The notes under the pieces were generated by a model. That model saw nothing but the letters and a program-made list of their open reading frames with translations. It was not told where the DNA came from and did not search any database. Below are positions 1 to 11,435 of a DNA stretch of 64,000 bases, in pieces; position 1 is the stretch's first letter, and each line of letters opens with the position of its first letter. Source of the DNA: Ranitomeya imitator (taxonomy: Eukaryota); contig NC_091290.1 in the NCBI RefSeq assembly GCF_032444005.1, positions 39,432,001 through 39,496,000 on the forward strand. Reading direction: 5' to 3'. The translations under genes and the position numbers were made by a program.

Positions 1-2355
1 AGAGGAGCAGCACTTTTAGACCTAATACTATCTAATAGACCTGACAGAATAACAAATCTGCAGGTGGTTGGGCATCTAGGAAATAGCGACCACAATATTG
101 TACAGTTTCACCTGTCTTTCACTAGGGGGACTTGTCAGGGAGTCACAAAAACACTGAACTTTAGGAAGGCAAAGTTTGACCAGCTTAGAGATGCCCTTAA
201 TCTGGTAGACTGGGACAATATCCTCAGAAATAAGAATACAGATAATAAATGGGAAATGTTTAAGAACATCCTAAATAGGCAGTGTAAGCGGTTTATACCT
301 TGTGGGAATAAAAGGACTAGAAATAGGAAAAACCCAATGTGGCTAAACAAAGAAGTAAGACAGGCAATTAACAGTAAAAAGAAAGCATTTGCACTACTAA
401 AGCAGGATGGCACCATTGAAGCTCTAAAAAACTATAGGGAGAAAAATACTTTATCTAAAAAACTAATTAAAGCTGCCAAAAAGGAAACAGAGAAGCACAT
501 TGCTAAGGAGAGTAAAACTAATCCCAAACTGTTCTTCAACTATATCAATAGTAAAAGAATAAAAACTGAAAATGTAGGCCCCTTAAAAAATAGTGAGGAA
601 AGAATGGTTGTAGATGACGAGGAAAAGGCTAACATATTAAACACCTTCTTCTCCACGGTATTCACGGTGGAAAATGAAATGCTAGGTGAAATCCCAAGAA
701 ACAATGAAAACCCTATATTAAGGGTCACCAATCTAACCCAAGAAGAGGTGCGAAACCGGCTAAATAAGATTAAAATAGATAAATCTCCGGGTCCGGATGG
801 CATACACCCACGAGTACTAAGAGAACTAAGTAATGTAATAGATAAACCATTATTTCTTATTTTTAGGGACTCTATAGCGACAGGGTCTGTTCCGCAGGAC
901 TGGCGCATAGCAAATGTGGTGCCAATATTCAAAAAGGGCTCTAAAAGTGAACCTGGAAATTATAGGCCAGTAAGTCTAACCTCAATTGTTGGTAAAATAT
1001 TTGAAGGGTTTCTGAGGGATGTTATTCTGGATTATCTCAATGAGAATAACTGTTTAACTCCATATCAGCATGGGTTTATGAGAAATCGCTCCTGTCAAAC
1101 CAATCTAATCAGTTTTTATGAAGAGGTAAGCTATAGGCTGGACCACGGTGAGTCATTGGACGTGGTATATCTCGATTTTTCCAAAGCGTTTGATACCGTG
1201 CCGCACAAGAGGTTGGTACACAAAATGAGAATGCTTGGTCTGGGGAAAATGTGTGTAAATGGGTTAGTAACTGGCTTAGTGATAGAAAGCAGAGGGTGGT
1301 TATAAATGGTATAGTCTCTAACTGGGTCGCTGTGACCAGTGGGGTACCGCAGGGGTCGGTATTGGGACCTGTTCTCTTCAACATATTCATTAGTGATCTG
1401 GTAGAAGGTTTACACAGTAAAATATCGATATTTGCAGATGATACAAAACTATGTAAAGCAGTTAATACAAGAGAAGATAGTATTCTGCTACAGATGGATC
1501 TGGATAAGTTGGAAACTTGGGCTGAAAGGTGGCAGATGAGGTTTAACAATGATAAATGTAAGGTTATACACATGGGAAGAAGGAATCAATATCACCATTA
1601 CACACTGAATGGGAAACCACTGGGTAAATCTGACAGGGAGAAGGACTTGGGGATCCTAGTTAATGATAAACTTACCTGGAGCAGCCAGTGCCAGGCAGCA
1701 GCTGCCAAGGCAAACAGGATCATGGGGTGCATTAAAAGAGGTCTGGATACACATGATGAGAGCATTATACTGCCTCTGTACAAATCCCTAGTTAGACCGC
1801 ACATGGAGTACTGTGTCCAGTTTTGGGCACCGGTGCTCAGGAAGGATATAATGGAACTAGAGAGAGTACAAAGGAGGGCAACAAAATTAATAAAGGGGAT
1901 GGGAGAACTACAATACCCAGATAGATTAGCGAAATTTGGATTATTTAGTCTAGAAAAAAGATGACTGAGGGGCGATCTAATAACCATGTATAAGTATATA
2001 AGGGGACAATACAAATATCTCGCTGAGGATCTGTTTATACCAAGGAAGGTGACGGGCACAAGGGGGCATTCTTTGCGTCTGGAGGAGAGAAGGTTTTTCC
2101 ACCAACATAGAAGAGGATTCTTTACTGTTAGGGCAGTGAGAATCTGGAATTGCTTGCCTGAGGAGGTGGTGATGGCGAACTCAGTCGAGGGGTTCAAGAG
2201 AGGCCTGGATGTCTTCCTGGAGCAGAACAATATTGTATCATACAATTATTAGGTTCTGTAGAAGGACGTAGATCTGGGTATTTATTATGATGGAATATAG
2301 GCTGAACTGGATGGACAAATGTCTTTTTTCGGCCTTACTAACTATGTTACTATGT
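1..2355 (+). mobile_element. CR1-type LINE, ORF2 (tether + reverse transcriptase) and 3' UTR, truncated by the window edge
   Basis: ORFs 64-1305, 1251-1964 and 1986-2252 give KSPGPDGIHPRVL, NYRPVSLTS, YLDFSKAFD, GVPQGSVLGP, FADDTKL, LERVQRRATK. One -1 frameshift near 1245 and an in-frame TGA at 1962-1964. 3' end GGCTGAACTGGATGGAC...ACTATGTTACTATGT. Confidence 0.95.
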
Positions 2356-4078
2356 ACGATGTTAGTCATAGAAGAATTTTTTGTGCCTGTCAATGAGGCC
2401 TGTATAACATTGACTACATGCTCCAAACAATTTTGAAGTGAGATGTCCCCTTTGGTATTCGGTTAGTAACATAAAAAAACATATTTTAGTGTGGATGATG
2501 CCTGTATAATCTAGAAGATTGTGTGTGGCATAGGAATGCCCTCTTTCCTACATTTGCTGCTGGTAAGGTGCAGGTTTGCCACAGAAATATGGCCGATGTG
2601 TCATTACATGAACTGATCAGGAAAAGGGCCATGATGACGGCGGGAATTGGATCGGACAACAGGATTAACAACAGGGTGGCTATAGGAGGTATAAGGTCCA
2701 GGATCCAGCCTACAACGATTACTCATTTACCCAACACCAACTACCAGAGAGCGTTTGATGCTCCTCAGAAGATAGGTGTAACAGATGCTAGTCATAAAAG
2801 ATGCCAGTAAGGAATTGGATTTAAAAAATGCACATAATCCAGACGACAGGTTTAAAACAATTTCAAACACAGATCTCCGCTGCTATATCACGTTTGTAAA
2901 AAAAAAAAGAAATAAATAAATTTTAATGTGCAACAGCTCTGCATGCAGAACAATTTCAATGCCATTAAATGAAAAGGTTGGATATCGCGTTTATTAACAG
3001 AAAAAAAACAAGTATTTTAATGTGCTTGAGGTCTGCAGACAGCTTCATATCACCGCCATAAAATTACAATGTGAGATATGACGGGCTGTATCACATTCAG
3101 CAACAGAAAAAAATATAATTTTTTTTAATGCACCTTAAGTCTGCAGACAGGTTCATATCACTGCCATAAAATTACAACGTGCGATACGGCGGGCTGTATC
3201 ATATTCAGTAACAGAAAAAATTATATATTTTTTAATGCGTGTTAGGTCTGCAGACAGGTTCATATTCCCACCAGAAAAATGACAACGTGCGATACGGCGG
3301 GCTATATCACATTCAGCAACAGAAAAAATTATAATCTTTTTTTTTTAATGTGCCTTAGGCCTGCAGTCAGATTCATATCACCACATCAATAAATGACAAG
3401 GTGGGATGCAGCAGGCTGTTTCACATTTATCTAGTGAAAAAATATTATTTAGAATGTTATACTTGTGCATGGAGCAAACTAGAAGCAGTGCACAACACAC
3501 TTGTAGGATATGTGTCCTGCCGGAAGGTAAATTTAACAGCCACACTGGAGACTAACTACACTATCTGACTGATATACAACCACCTAGCTAACTAGCTAAA
3601 CTCTTGCTGCTTACAGTGCCAGCATCAGGAGCAGCCCTTATGTGCTGTTACAGTGTCAAAATGGCGCTAAAACAAGATGTCTGCTCTTTATATGGAGAGG
3701 GACATGTGATTTCAGCAGCCAATGACACAAGCCGTTGTGTCAGAACGTTGTGGGTGTATCCTGTGCCCTGATTGGCTAGCCGCAATGTGCACACATAAAG
3801 TTAGGGGTGAAAATGGCTGTTTACAAGAACGCCGCGCCTCTGAGCTCTGCAAACCTCTCCCCTCATCAAACACGTGCCAAACGCTCATGATAATGATACA
3901 CCACCATTATTGTTGCTTAAGTGCTGAAAAAACTTTTGTGGCAACAGAAATATTTTCCCACACTTGTTACCGAATTTATAAAATGTTGCTTGTATTTCCG
4001 ATCACAAATCCGAATGTCCTATATTTGTGCTGAATTTATGTTTGGCGATCGTTTTCTGAACAAATTTGCTCATCATTG
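2356..4078. mobile_element. Degenerate hAT-like DNA transposon end with ~120-bp subterminal tandem repeats
   Basis: About five imperfect ~120-bp repeats (GTCTGCAGACAGGTTCATAT...CACATTCAGCAACAGAAAAAA) at 2830-3480. Ends TTTGCTCATCATT, resembling the CGCTCATCACTA terminus of the hAT MITEs at 31033 and 55709. Faint hAT dimerisation-like peptide on the minus strand (PAANVGKRAF). Confidence 0.45.
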
Positions 4079-5025
4079 TCCCAATGCTATCATTAGGGGC
4101 CCCATTGTAGGTTTTGTATTGGGGCCATAAGCTTCAAGTTACATCACTGGTCCTGACATTCCAGGAAAGTGACTGCGGACATGTGACCAATTCCTTGTGG
4201 GTCAGAGACCAGGACCATGATGATTCTTGGCACTATGTGTTATGCCAGAAAAAAAGTATAGCATAGGCACTTAGGGGGGCAGAGGGGACCGTCGTTCCGG
4301 ACCCCGTCCCATGAAGGGGCCCACCTGGATCCATGGCCATTTCAGTCATCAGGCAGCACTGAGGGAGAGTACGGCAAATTGCCTGCTCCCCTATCTTCCT
4401 GAGACGCTGCCGGCTAGCACAGTGGCAGAGTCCTCAGTGCAGTCTAACCTGGGAGGAGAGCAAAGCTGACAAGTTTCTGACAGGCTCCTCTGTCAGTGCT
4501 GAAGTCAGCTCCTCTCCTGTGTGCTCTGGTTCATGCACGCTGAACCTCGTGCTCACTGCTGATTTACCTCAGACACTGCCTGGGCCTGTCTGACCGCATC
4601 TGGTTATAAAGTTATTAAAGCTCTCCTGACGGGTGATACAGGCCGCTCACGGTTTGTACAGCATGTATCAGCACCAGCTGTAGTGTTCAGCTGGGCGTGT
4701 TTGTCTCTGTGAGGGTAGGAGGTGCACACAGTCACTATACGCTGCGGGTTGAACGCTGCGTACTTGCCCAACGTGCAGATGTTACAACACAGTGGACGAG
4801 ATTTCAAGAAATCCCAAGCCCACTAGGCGTCCAGAGACGCCAGCGGATTACATGTAGATTCGGATATGCATCACGTCTCTCCAGACCACAGTGTGCACCC
4901 CAGGTTCCTGGTTGTCACAATGGTATTGCTTTGCTCGAGAGAAGTCAAAATAGTGTAGATGACACATGGCTGCAAATTGTATACCCACACTCACATGACC
5001 GCATGCTCACATCACCGATACTGGG

Positions 5026-5575
5026 GCCATTATTACTGTGCATGGGGACACTCATGGGACATTATTACTGTACATGGGAGACTTGGGGGACATTATTACT
5101 GTACATGGGGGGGACTCGGGGGACATTATTATTATACATGGGAGGACTCGGGGGACATTATTATTATACATGGGAGGACTCGGGGGACATTTTTACTGTA
5201 TATGGGAGGACTCGGGGGACATTATTACTGTACATGGGGGGGACTCGGGGGACATTATTACTGTACATAGCGGGGACTCGGGGGACATTTTTACTGTACA
5301 TGGGAGACTCGGGGGACATTATTACTGTACATGGGAGACTCGGGGGACATTATTACTGTACATGGGGGGACTCGGGGGACATTTTTACTGTACATGGGAG
5401 ACTCGGGGGACATTATTACTGTACATGGGAGACTCGGGGGACATTATTACTGTTCATGGGGGGACTCGGGGGACATTATTATTATACATGGGGGGGACTC
5501 GGGGGACATTATTATTATACATGGGAGGACTCGGGGGACATTATTACTGTACATGGGAGGACTCAGGGGACATTA
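5026..5575. repeat. Minisatellite, ~31-33-bp unit, ~17 copies
   Basis: Tandem GACATTATTACTGTACATGGGAGGACTCGGGG variants. Confidence 0.95.
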
Positions 5576-5699
5576 AATGGTAATATAAGTAGAACTCACC
5601 ACTCAAGAGAGGTATACAACAAGAATTACATTAATACCAACCGAAATTCCGAAAACATATCAACAAAATCTGGGGAAGAGTACTAGTGTATACGGTAAT

Positions 5700-6410
5700 G
5701 ACCCAGATAATAAATATAATCGCTCCGAAAAATGAATACAAAAAAGGAGGAGAACCGAGAGCATATAGTGATGGTATAAATAAGACAATCTTTATTAGTA
5801 CAAAAAATTAAAACTATGGACATCAGTAATGGTCACAATGTATACCATAATAAAGCATCGAAAGGGGGGAAAAAACCATTAAACACCTCACATCTCACCA
5901 CCCTAATATAAAATATAAAATGATCATGGTACGGCAATAAGCGATAAGCAACATATAGTGAAGAAAAAATACAAGGGGGAGGGGGTCGCAACAGCAACAG
6001 GGCCTAGCGGAAGATAAAGGGCAAGTGCACACTGACAGCTAGGGTGACCCCTGTAACAGCGGCGGCATCCAACCCCAACAGGACAATGCCGTGTGCAGGA
6101 CCCAGCCAGGAGTAAAAAACAGGTGCACACTGGCAGCCAAAACAACCCCTGTTATAACGGTGAGGCTAAAGCTATATATAGCGTACCATGTGGTAAAGAG
6201 TAATGGCATGAGATGAAAAACGTCACAGCTATACCGGTACCTAGCACAGGAAGTGGAGCCAGTGCGCCCTAATGGCTGGGATGGCCCCTGCAACAGTAAA
6301 AATGTCTAAGTAGTATGCTTACCAATGTGGATGGGGGAGAGAGGAGAAAAGGTCCCGCCAGTGAGAACGCCCCGACGCGCGTTTCGCAGCGTTAGAACGC
6401 CTCAAGGAAG
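5700..6410 (-). mobile_element. Probable Penelope-like element UTR/pseudo-LTR remnant
   Basis: Minus strand carries GCGAAACGCGCGTCGGGG (6371-6388), the hammerhead-type motif of PLE pLTRs, and AATAAA near 5791. No coding part. Confidence 0.4.
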
Positions 6411-7260
6411 CGCATCATGTGCACAAACATTGCAGAATGCTTTCTAAATGATAGGATGCATATGTCTGCATTTTTAAATGCATTTTTATAGCGTTTTTAT
6501 CATGAAAAAACACAAAAAAATGCGAAAAAACCTGAACGTGTGTACGTACCCTCAATCACAGTCTGAACACTGCTGACTGGCATTATCAATTCCTTGGATA
6601 TTTTTTTTGTATCCCTTTCCTGTTTTATGCAGTTCAACTACCTTTTCCCATAGATCCGATGACAGTTCTTTTGCTTTCCCCATGACTCACAATCCAGAAA
6701 CGTCAGTGGCTGGATGAAAGATGCAAGAGTCTGTCTGGATCCCAGAAACTCACTCAGCTTTTATGTGCACACACTGATTACAAGCAAACAGGTCACAGGT
6801 GAGGATGTTACCTTTAGTAGCCATTCAAACCCATTTGTGTCAACTTCTGTGCATGATATCAGGCCAAAATCACCAGGGTATGTAAACTTTTTGGTCAAGG
6901 TCATTTGGATGTTTTGGGTTGTCATTATGATTTAAAAAGAGAAAACACAGTAGTTTGACAATAAACGGCTTCACCCAACCACTAATCATGAGTGGAGAAA
7001 AAGTTTTGGTGTTATCATTCATACTGTCGGAAAAAGGTCAAAAAAGCAAAAATTCTGCCTGATATGTAAACTTTTGAGCATAACTGTCCGGGCCACAATT
7101 TAATTGCATTGAGAAAGGCTGCGCCCATCTAGTCGGATTGTGGCCGGGAATATGTATATAGCATACTTGCAGTCACATTACCCCCTGCTCCCTGCGTCGG
7201 CACCTGGGAATCTTCGCAGTGTGCACAGTGAAGATTCAGAAGTCTGCAGTCCCATAGAGA

Positions 7261-7874
7261 GGGCAGTCTCACACGTCCAGATAATTCCGGTACCGGAAAA
7301 ATCGGTACCGGAATTATCCTCGTTGGCTGGTGCTGCTTCCTGTCCTGGCCGCATATTCTACGTGTCACGTGACCGCTCATACAGTAGAAGATGCGGCCAG
7401 GACAGATAGCAGCGCCAGCCAGCGAGGGAGCCGGGTGAGTATTTTAATAACAGGGGGGGGGGGCGCACAGGGGGTGGGCACATGGAGCTTTATTTTAAAC
7501 ATGATTATTCGTATCTTCTCTACAGCAAACGCTGCTGCAGGGTAGATATGAATCACGGCTTCAGCACCAGTGGGGGGGGGGCAGCGCTTAATGTAGCGCT
7601 GTCTCCTGCACGGCACACGGACTGCACATGGACAACGTCCGTGTGCGGTACGTGTTTTACACGGACCCATTGACTTTAATAGGTCCGTGTAATCCAAGCG
7701 CTCCCACGAACACTGACATGTCTCCGTGTTTGGCACAGGGAGACACGGTCCGCAAAAAATCAATGACATCTGCACAGATGCATTGATTTCACTGTGTCTA
7801 CGTGAGTCAGTGGCTCCGGTACGTGAGGAAACTGTCACCTCACGTACCGGAGCCACTGACGTGTGAAACCGGCC
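7261..7874 (-). mobile_element. PIF/Harbinger MITE, family A, copy 1
   Basis: TIRs GGGCAGTCTCACACG...CGTGTGAAACCGGCC, 3-bp TSD AGA. Homologous to 16233-17062 and 24340-25351. Confidence 0.85.
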
Positions 7875-8397
7875 AGAGACTGTAGACTTGTAGTTTAAGA
7901 CTGGACAACCCCTTTAATGTATTGATAGTTTCTATAATCCTGGTTAAGCACCATGAGACTCTATAGGCTCCCATACACACTAGACTAAAGGCGTCCAAAC
8001 CAGCCGATATCAGCCAACAGTCTACTCTAATGTATATAGGAGCCTCCTGGTAGACCTATTGGGTTTGTGACCCTTCTTGAGCCCCCATCTAAGCAGGAGT
8101 GCCATATAGCCCCATACCTAAAATAAAGGTGGTCATAGACATAACATATAAGTTGGCTATCCATGATTGCAGTCTATCACCCCCCACCCCCACCCAAAGC
8201 TCGGCTTCATTAAGAGTTCTTGTGTCCTGGTGAGAAAGGAGGAATTTGCTGTTGGACACGTCCGGTAAAGGATTATCTACCCCGATATCAAAAAGATCGG
8301 GAGTTAGAACTGTAACCACTCGACCCTTCTATCATTTAGCTGTTACCTTTTGTCTTAACATAAAACTAATTTATTCTGCACGTGCTTACGATCTATA

Positions 8398-8838
8398 TGT
8401 GCACACGATGCAGATTTAGTGCAGAACTGCAGCAGATTTTTCTGCAGCAGAAACGCTGCAGAACTGCACTGTGATTTACAGTACAATGTAAATCAATGTG
8501 AAAAAAAAAAGCTGTGCACATGGTGCAGAAAAATCTGCGCAGAAACGCTGCAGATTTCAAAGAAGTGCCTGTCACTTCTTTTGTGCAGTTCTGCAGCGTT
8601 TCTGCACCCCTCCATAATAGAAATCCATTTTGTGCGTTTTTGGTGCGTTTTTTATGCGTTTTTTATGCGTTTTTTGTGCAGATTTGTGCACAAAAAACGC
8701 ATCAAAAACGCATAAAAAAACGCACCAAAAACGCACAAAAAACGCATAAAAAACGCACCTGCGGATTCTGCCAGGAGATGCAGATTTAGTGCAGATTTTA
8801 TGCAGAAAATTCTGCACCAAATCTGCATCGTGTGCACA
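8398..8838. mobile_element. Palindromic MITE (Harbinger-like) lacking its outermost TIR bases
   Basis: TGTGCACACGATGCAGAT...ATCTGCATCGTGTGCACA, with internal TGCGTTTTTT/AAAAAACGCA inverted simple repeats. Confidence 0.75.
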
Positions 8839-8901
8839 ATTGGATTTTGAAGAAGAAAATGGAACTGTACCAAGTAACATTATCTCTTTACTTTGTTGCA
8901 G

Positions 8902-9175
8902 GTATCATGATTCTTCGATCTTAAAGTCCCTCAATATAGGGGACAACAACCTTGTCACCCCGTCTTCTTCAAGTTTTACGCCTCTGGTGTCCTTACAAAG
9001 CCTTGACCTCTCCGATGTATCCCCCATCTGTACCTGTGCCCTTAATGAATTTTGGCACTGGATAATATCAACTAAAGTGACGGTGAAAGTCAATAATAGC
9101 GATGAGATCTCATGTCTCAGACTGTCTCCACCAGTGCGAGAAATACCAATGGTCATTTACTTTAATGACTGTTAA
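8902..9175 (+). CDS. Leucine-rich repeat + LRRCT coding segment, TLR-ectodomain-like; putative terminal exon or pseudogene fragment
   Basis: After acceptor TTTGTTGCAG reads YHDSSILKSLNIGDNNLVTPSSSSFTPLVSLQSLDLSDVSPICTCALNEFWHWIISTKVTVKVNNSDEISCLRLSPPVREIPMVIYFNDC*: LxxLxLxxNxL motif plus CxC...C...C LRRCT cap. Confidence 0.6.
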
Positions 9176-9518
9176 TTGCTTGTATTTTCCCCCTATATAA
9201 AGTAACATAAAACCTGCATCATTTACATTACACTGCTCTTTTCTTCAAGGGTTTGGACATCATCTATATTATTCTCATCTCACCCAATGATATACAGTCT
9301 GTATCTAGAATTAGTCTACATGAAAAGTGAAACAGTTTTGTACATACAGTATATTGTTTCAATCATCGATGAATGTGTGTTCAAGGATGGACAGATCCAA
9401 AGCAAAAGCCATGGGAATGTTCCAGAATGTTATTTGATTAATATCTATGTAATACAAATATAACATTTTATGTACTGATGATTCTCATTTATTCATTAAA
9501 GTGTAAGTCATTCATTAA

Positions 9519-9669
9519 AGAATGTCAGTCCGCAAGGACAGGGTCCTCTCCCCTCTGTACCAGTCTGTCATTGTAAACCCGTTTACTGTAAACGATATCT
9601 ATAACCCTGTATGTAACCCCCCTTTCTCATGTACAGCACCATGGAATTAATGGCGCTATATAAATAATT

Positions 9670-9713
<44 letters not shown>

Positions 9714-9726
9714 TAATAATAATAAA
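9519..9726 (+). mobile_element. L2 LINE 3' end with (AAT)n tail
   Basis: AGAATGTCAGTCCGCAAGGACAGGGTCC...CACCATGGAATTAATGGCGCTATATAAATAA, nearly identical to the L2 tail at 41512-41660. Confidence 0.8.
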
Positions 9727-10284
9727 TTCATCTAATAGTTTGTATCACTTCTTGGCCACTAGATGACAGTACAGGAACAAGGTGTTGCAATATGTTAAGT
9801 GTCCACTAGATGGCAGAAAGTAGAAACTGGATTATTTACCATTTTAGGACTGGTTCACACTGGGGTATAACACGGACGGATGAGTGCTATCAGATGTTTT
9901 ATTGGATTGCACCCGGCCCAATGTTATACTATGGGGCAGGGCAGATCGGCGATTATTTTCTTACGCCGATTCGTCATGAGTAAACATGCTGCGAATGACT
10001 CCGATATTCAGATCAAGCGCACCCATACAAGTCTAAGGGTGTGTGTGAAACATCAGACTGCACTTGGATGTCATGTGAGTGCAGTACGATGGAGGCTCAC
10101 AGAGACAATGGAGAAGATGGAAGAATTAAGTTCTTTGTGAGAACCCATACGAGCTTGTCCGAACCAAGCGTAAATGGAGGGGTCCGGTCAGGAAAGACGG
10201 TAGTGGACGGTGTGTGGACGCCCTGTGATCTCTGTTCACACCAGCCTCATCTTTATCATGACCCCTTACTGCCAGAACACTAGG

Positions 10285-10900
10285 AATCTCTCCTGATGGA
10301 CCCAGTTGGGGGGAACGCGTGGACAGTGCGTCTCCGTCATCTCAGGAGCTAGAGTATGGTAGATTGCTCCGCACTGGAGCAGACGAGTAGAGCCGGGTTG
10401 GGAACGATTCCCTCTGTGCCCTCAGTGCATTATCTGACAGTTTCATATGTGGCTATGGGGAGTCATTTGGTTTTTCAATGTTCTGCAGTATATGTGCTGG
10501 AATATCTATTTAGAGTCATTATATGTTAGCACCCATTAAATCCCGGAACATTAAGTAGGTGGGGATTACTGTGTCATAGTGAAGTGTTGCTATGGTACCT
10601 AGATATTAATCTGTATCCCTAGATTGAGTGCACTGTCACTGCTCTCCCATATATGTACATCCTACCCTTTATTTCTCTATTGTGCGCACACTGCTATCAT
10701 CCTAGTAGTGCATTATTAATAATAATATTTAATATATATAATTAATACAGGCCATCTGGATAGGGTATGTCATTGTTTGTTCTTCCTGTTCCCTATTCTC
10801 TCTCAGCCCGCTCTATATTAGCATTTGTTTCACTTAGGGGGATTATTTTTCTTTATTCTATTTATTAATAATAAAGGTTATATTTCAATTTATAGGGGTC
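10285..10900 (+). mobile_element. Probable Penelope-like pseudo-LTR remnant with degenerate hammerhead motif
   Basis: CCTGATGGA-CCCAGTTGGG-GGGAACGCGT at 10292-10320, ending in AATAATAAAGGTTATATTT. Confidence 0.45.
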
Positions 10901-11189
10901 TCTTCTTTGGTAAACCTCTGTTCACATCCGCTCAAGTCTGCACTGGATGTTCTGCACTTTTAACAGCACATCACACATTTATTGGGGACCAATCTGGCCT
11001 CACATCTCCAAGGTGCTTTCACTAGGAATCATAGGTTGTGATCAACAAATATAGAAGTCACCAATTATAGAGATCAGGACTAAAAATCACGAGAAAGAAG
11101 CCAGTTTTAGGTTTACTGTGCCTTTAAGAACAGAACCTGCACGCGGACACTGTCATAGAACGGTTTCAAATTGTTATCTTTTGGTAACA

Positions 11190-11435
11190 CAGTCCCCGCC
11201 TATAGGAGGGGCGGCTGGTTGACATGGCAACTGCTGCAGCCAATCCCTTTCAGAGCTCAAGCGTGGCTCGAGTGTTAGCTGCATCCGATTGGTCGAGGAG
11301 AGGCGAAGGCTTGTCAATCCTGCTTTCCTATTGGTCTGTACTCTTAGTGACACTATAGGAAGAGGCGCATGGGGAGACCATGGGAATTAAAGGGACAGTG
11401 ACCTGACATTAGGAGTCACAGGGCTAAAGCTGCAG
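11190..11435 (+). promoter_or_regulatory. Putative TM7SF2 promoter and non-coding first exon
   Basis: GC boxes (CCCCGCC, GGGGCGG), X-box-like GTTGACATGGCAAC 11218-11231, CCAAT/ATTGG at 11240, 11288 and 11330, splice donor CAG|GTACGT at 11435/11436. The ATG exon has its own acceptor at 12872/12873. Confidence 0.55.

Noticed and set aside
4697-5686. 329-aa ORF and overlapping repetitive ORFs
   Set aside because: Mostly translation of the ~32-bp minisatellite, open in several frames. The unique N-terminal part has no recognisable domain.
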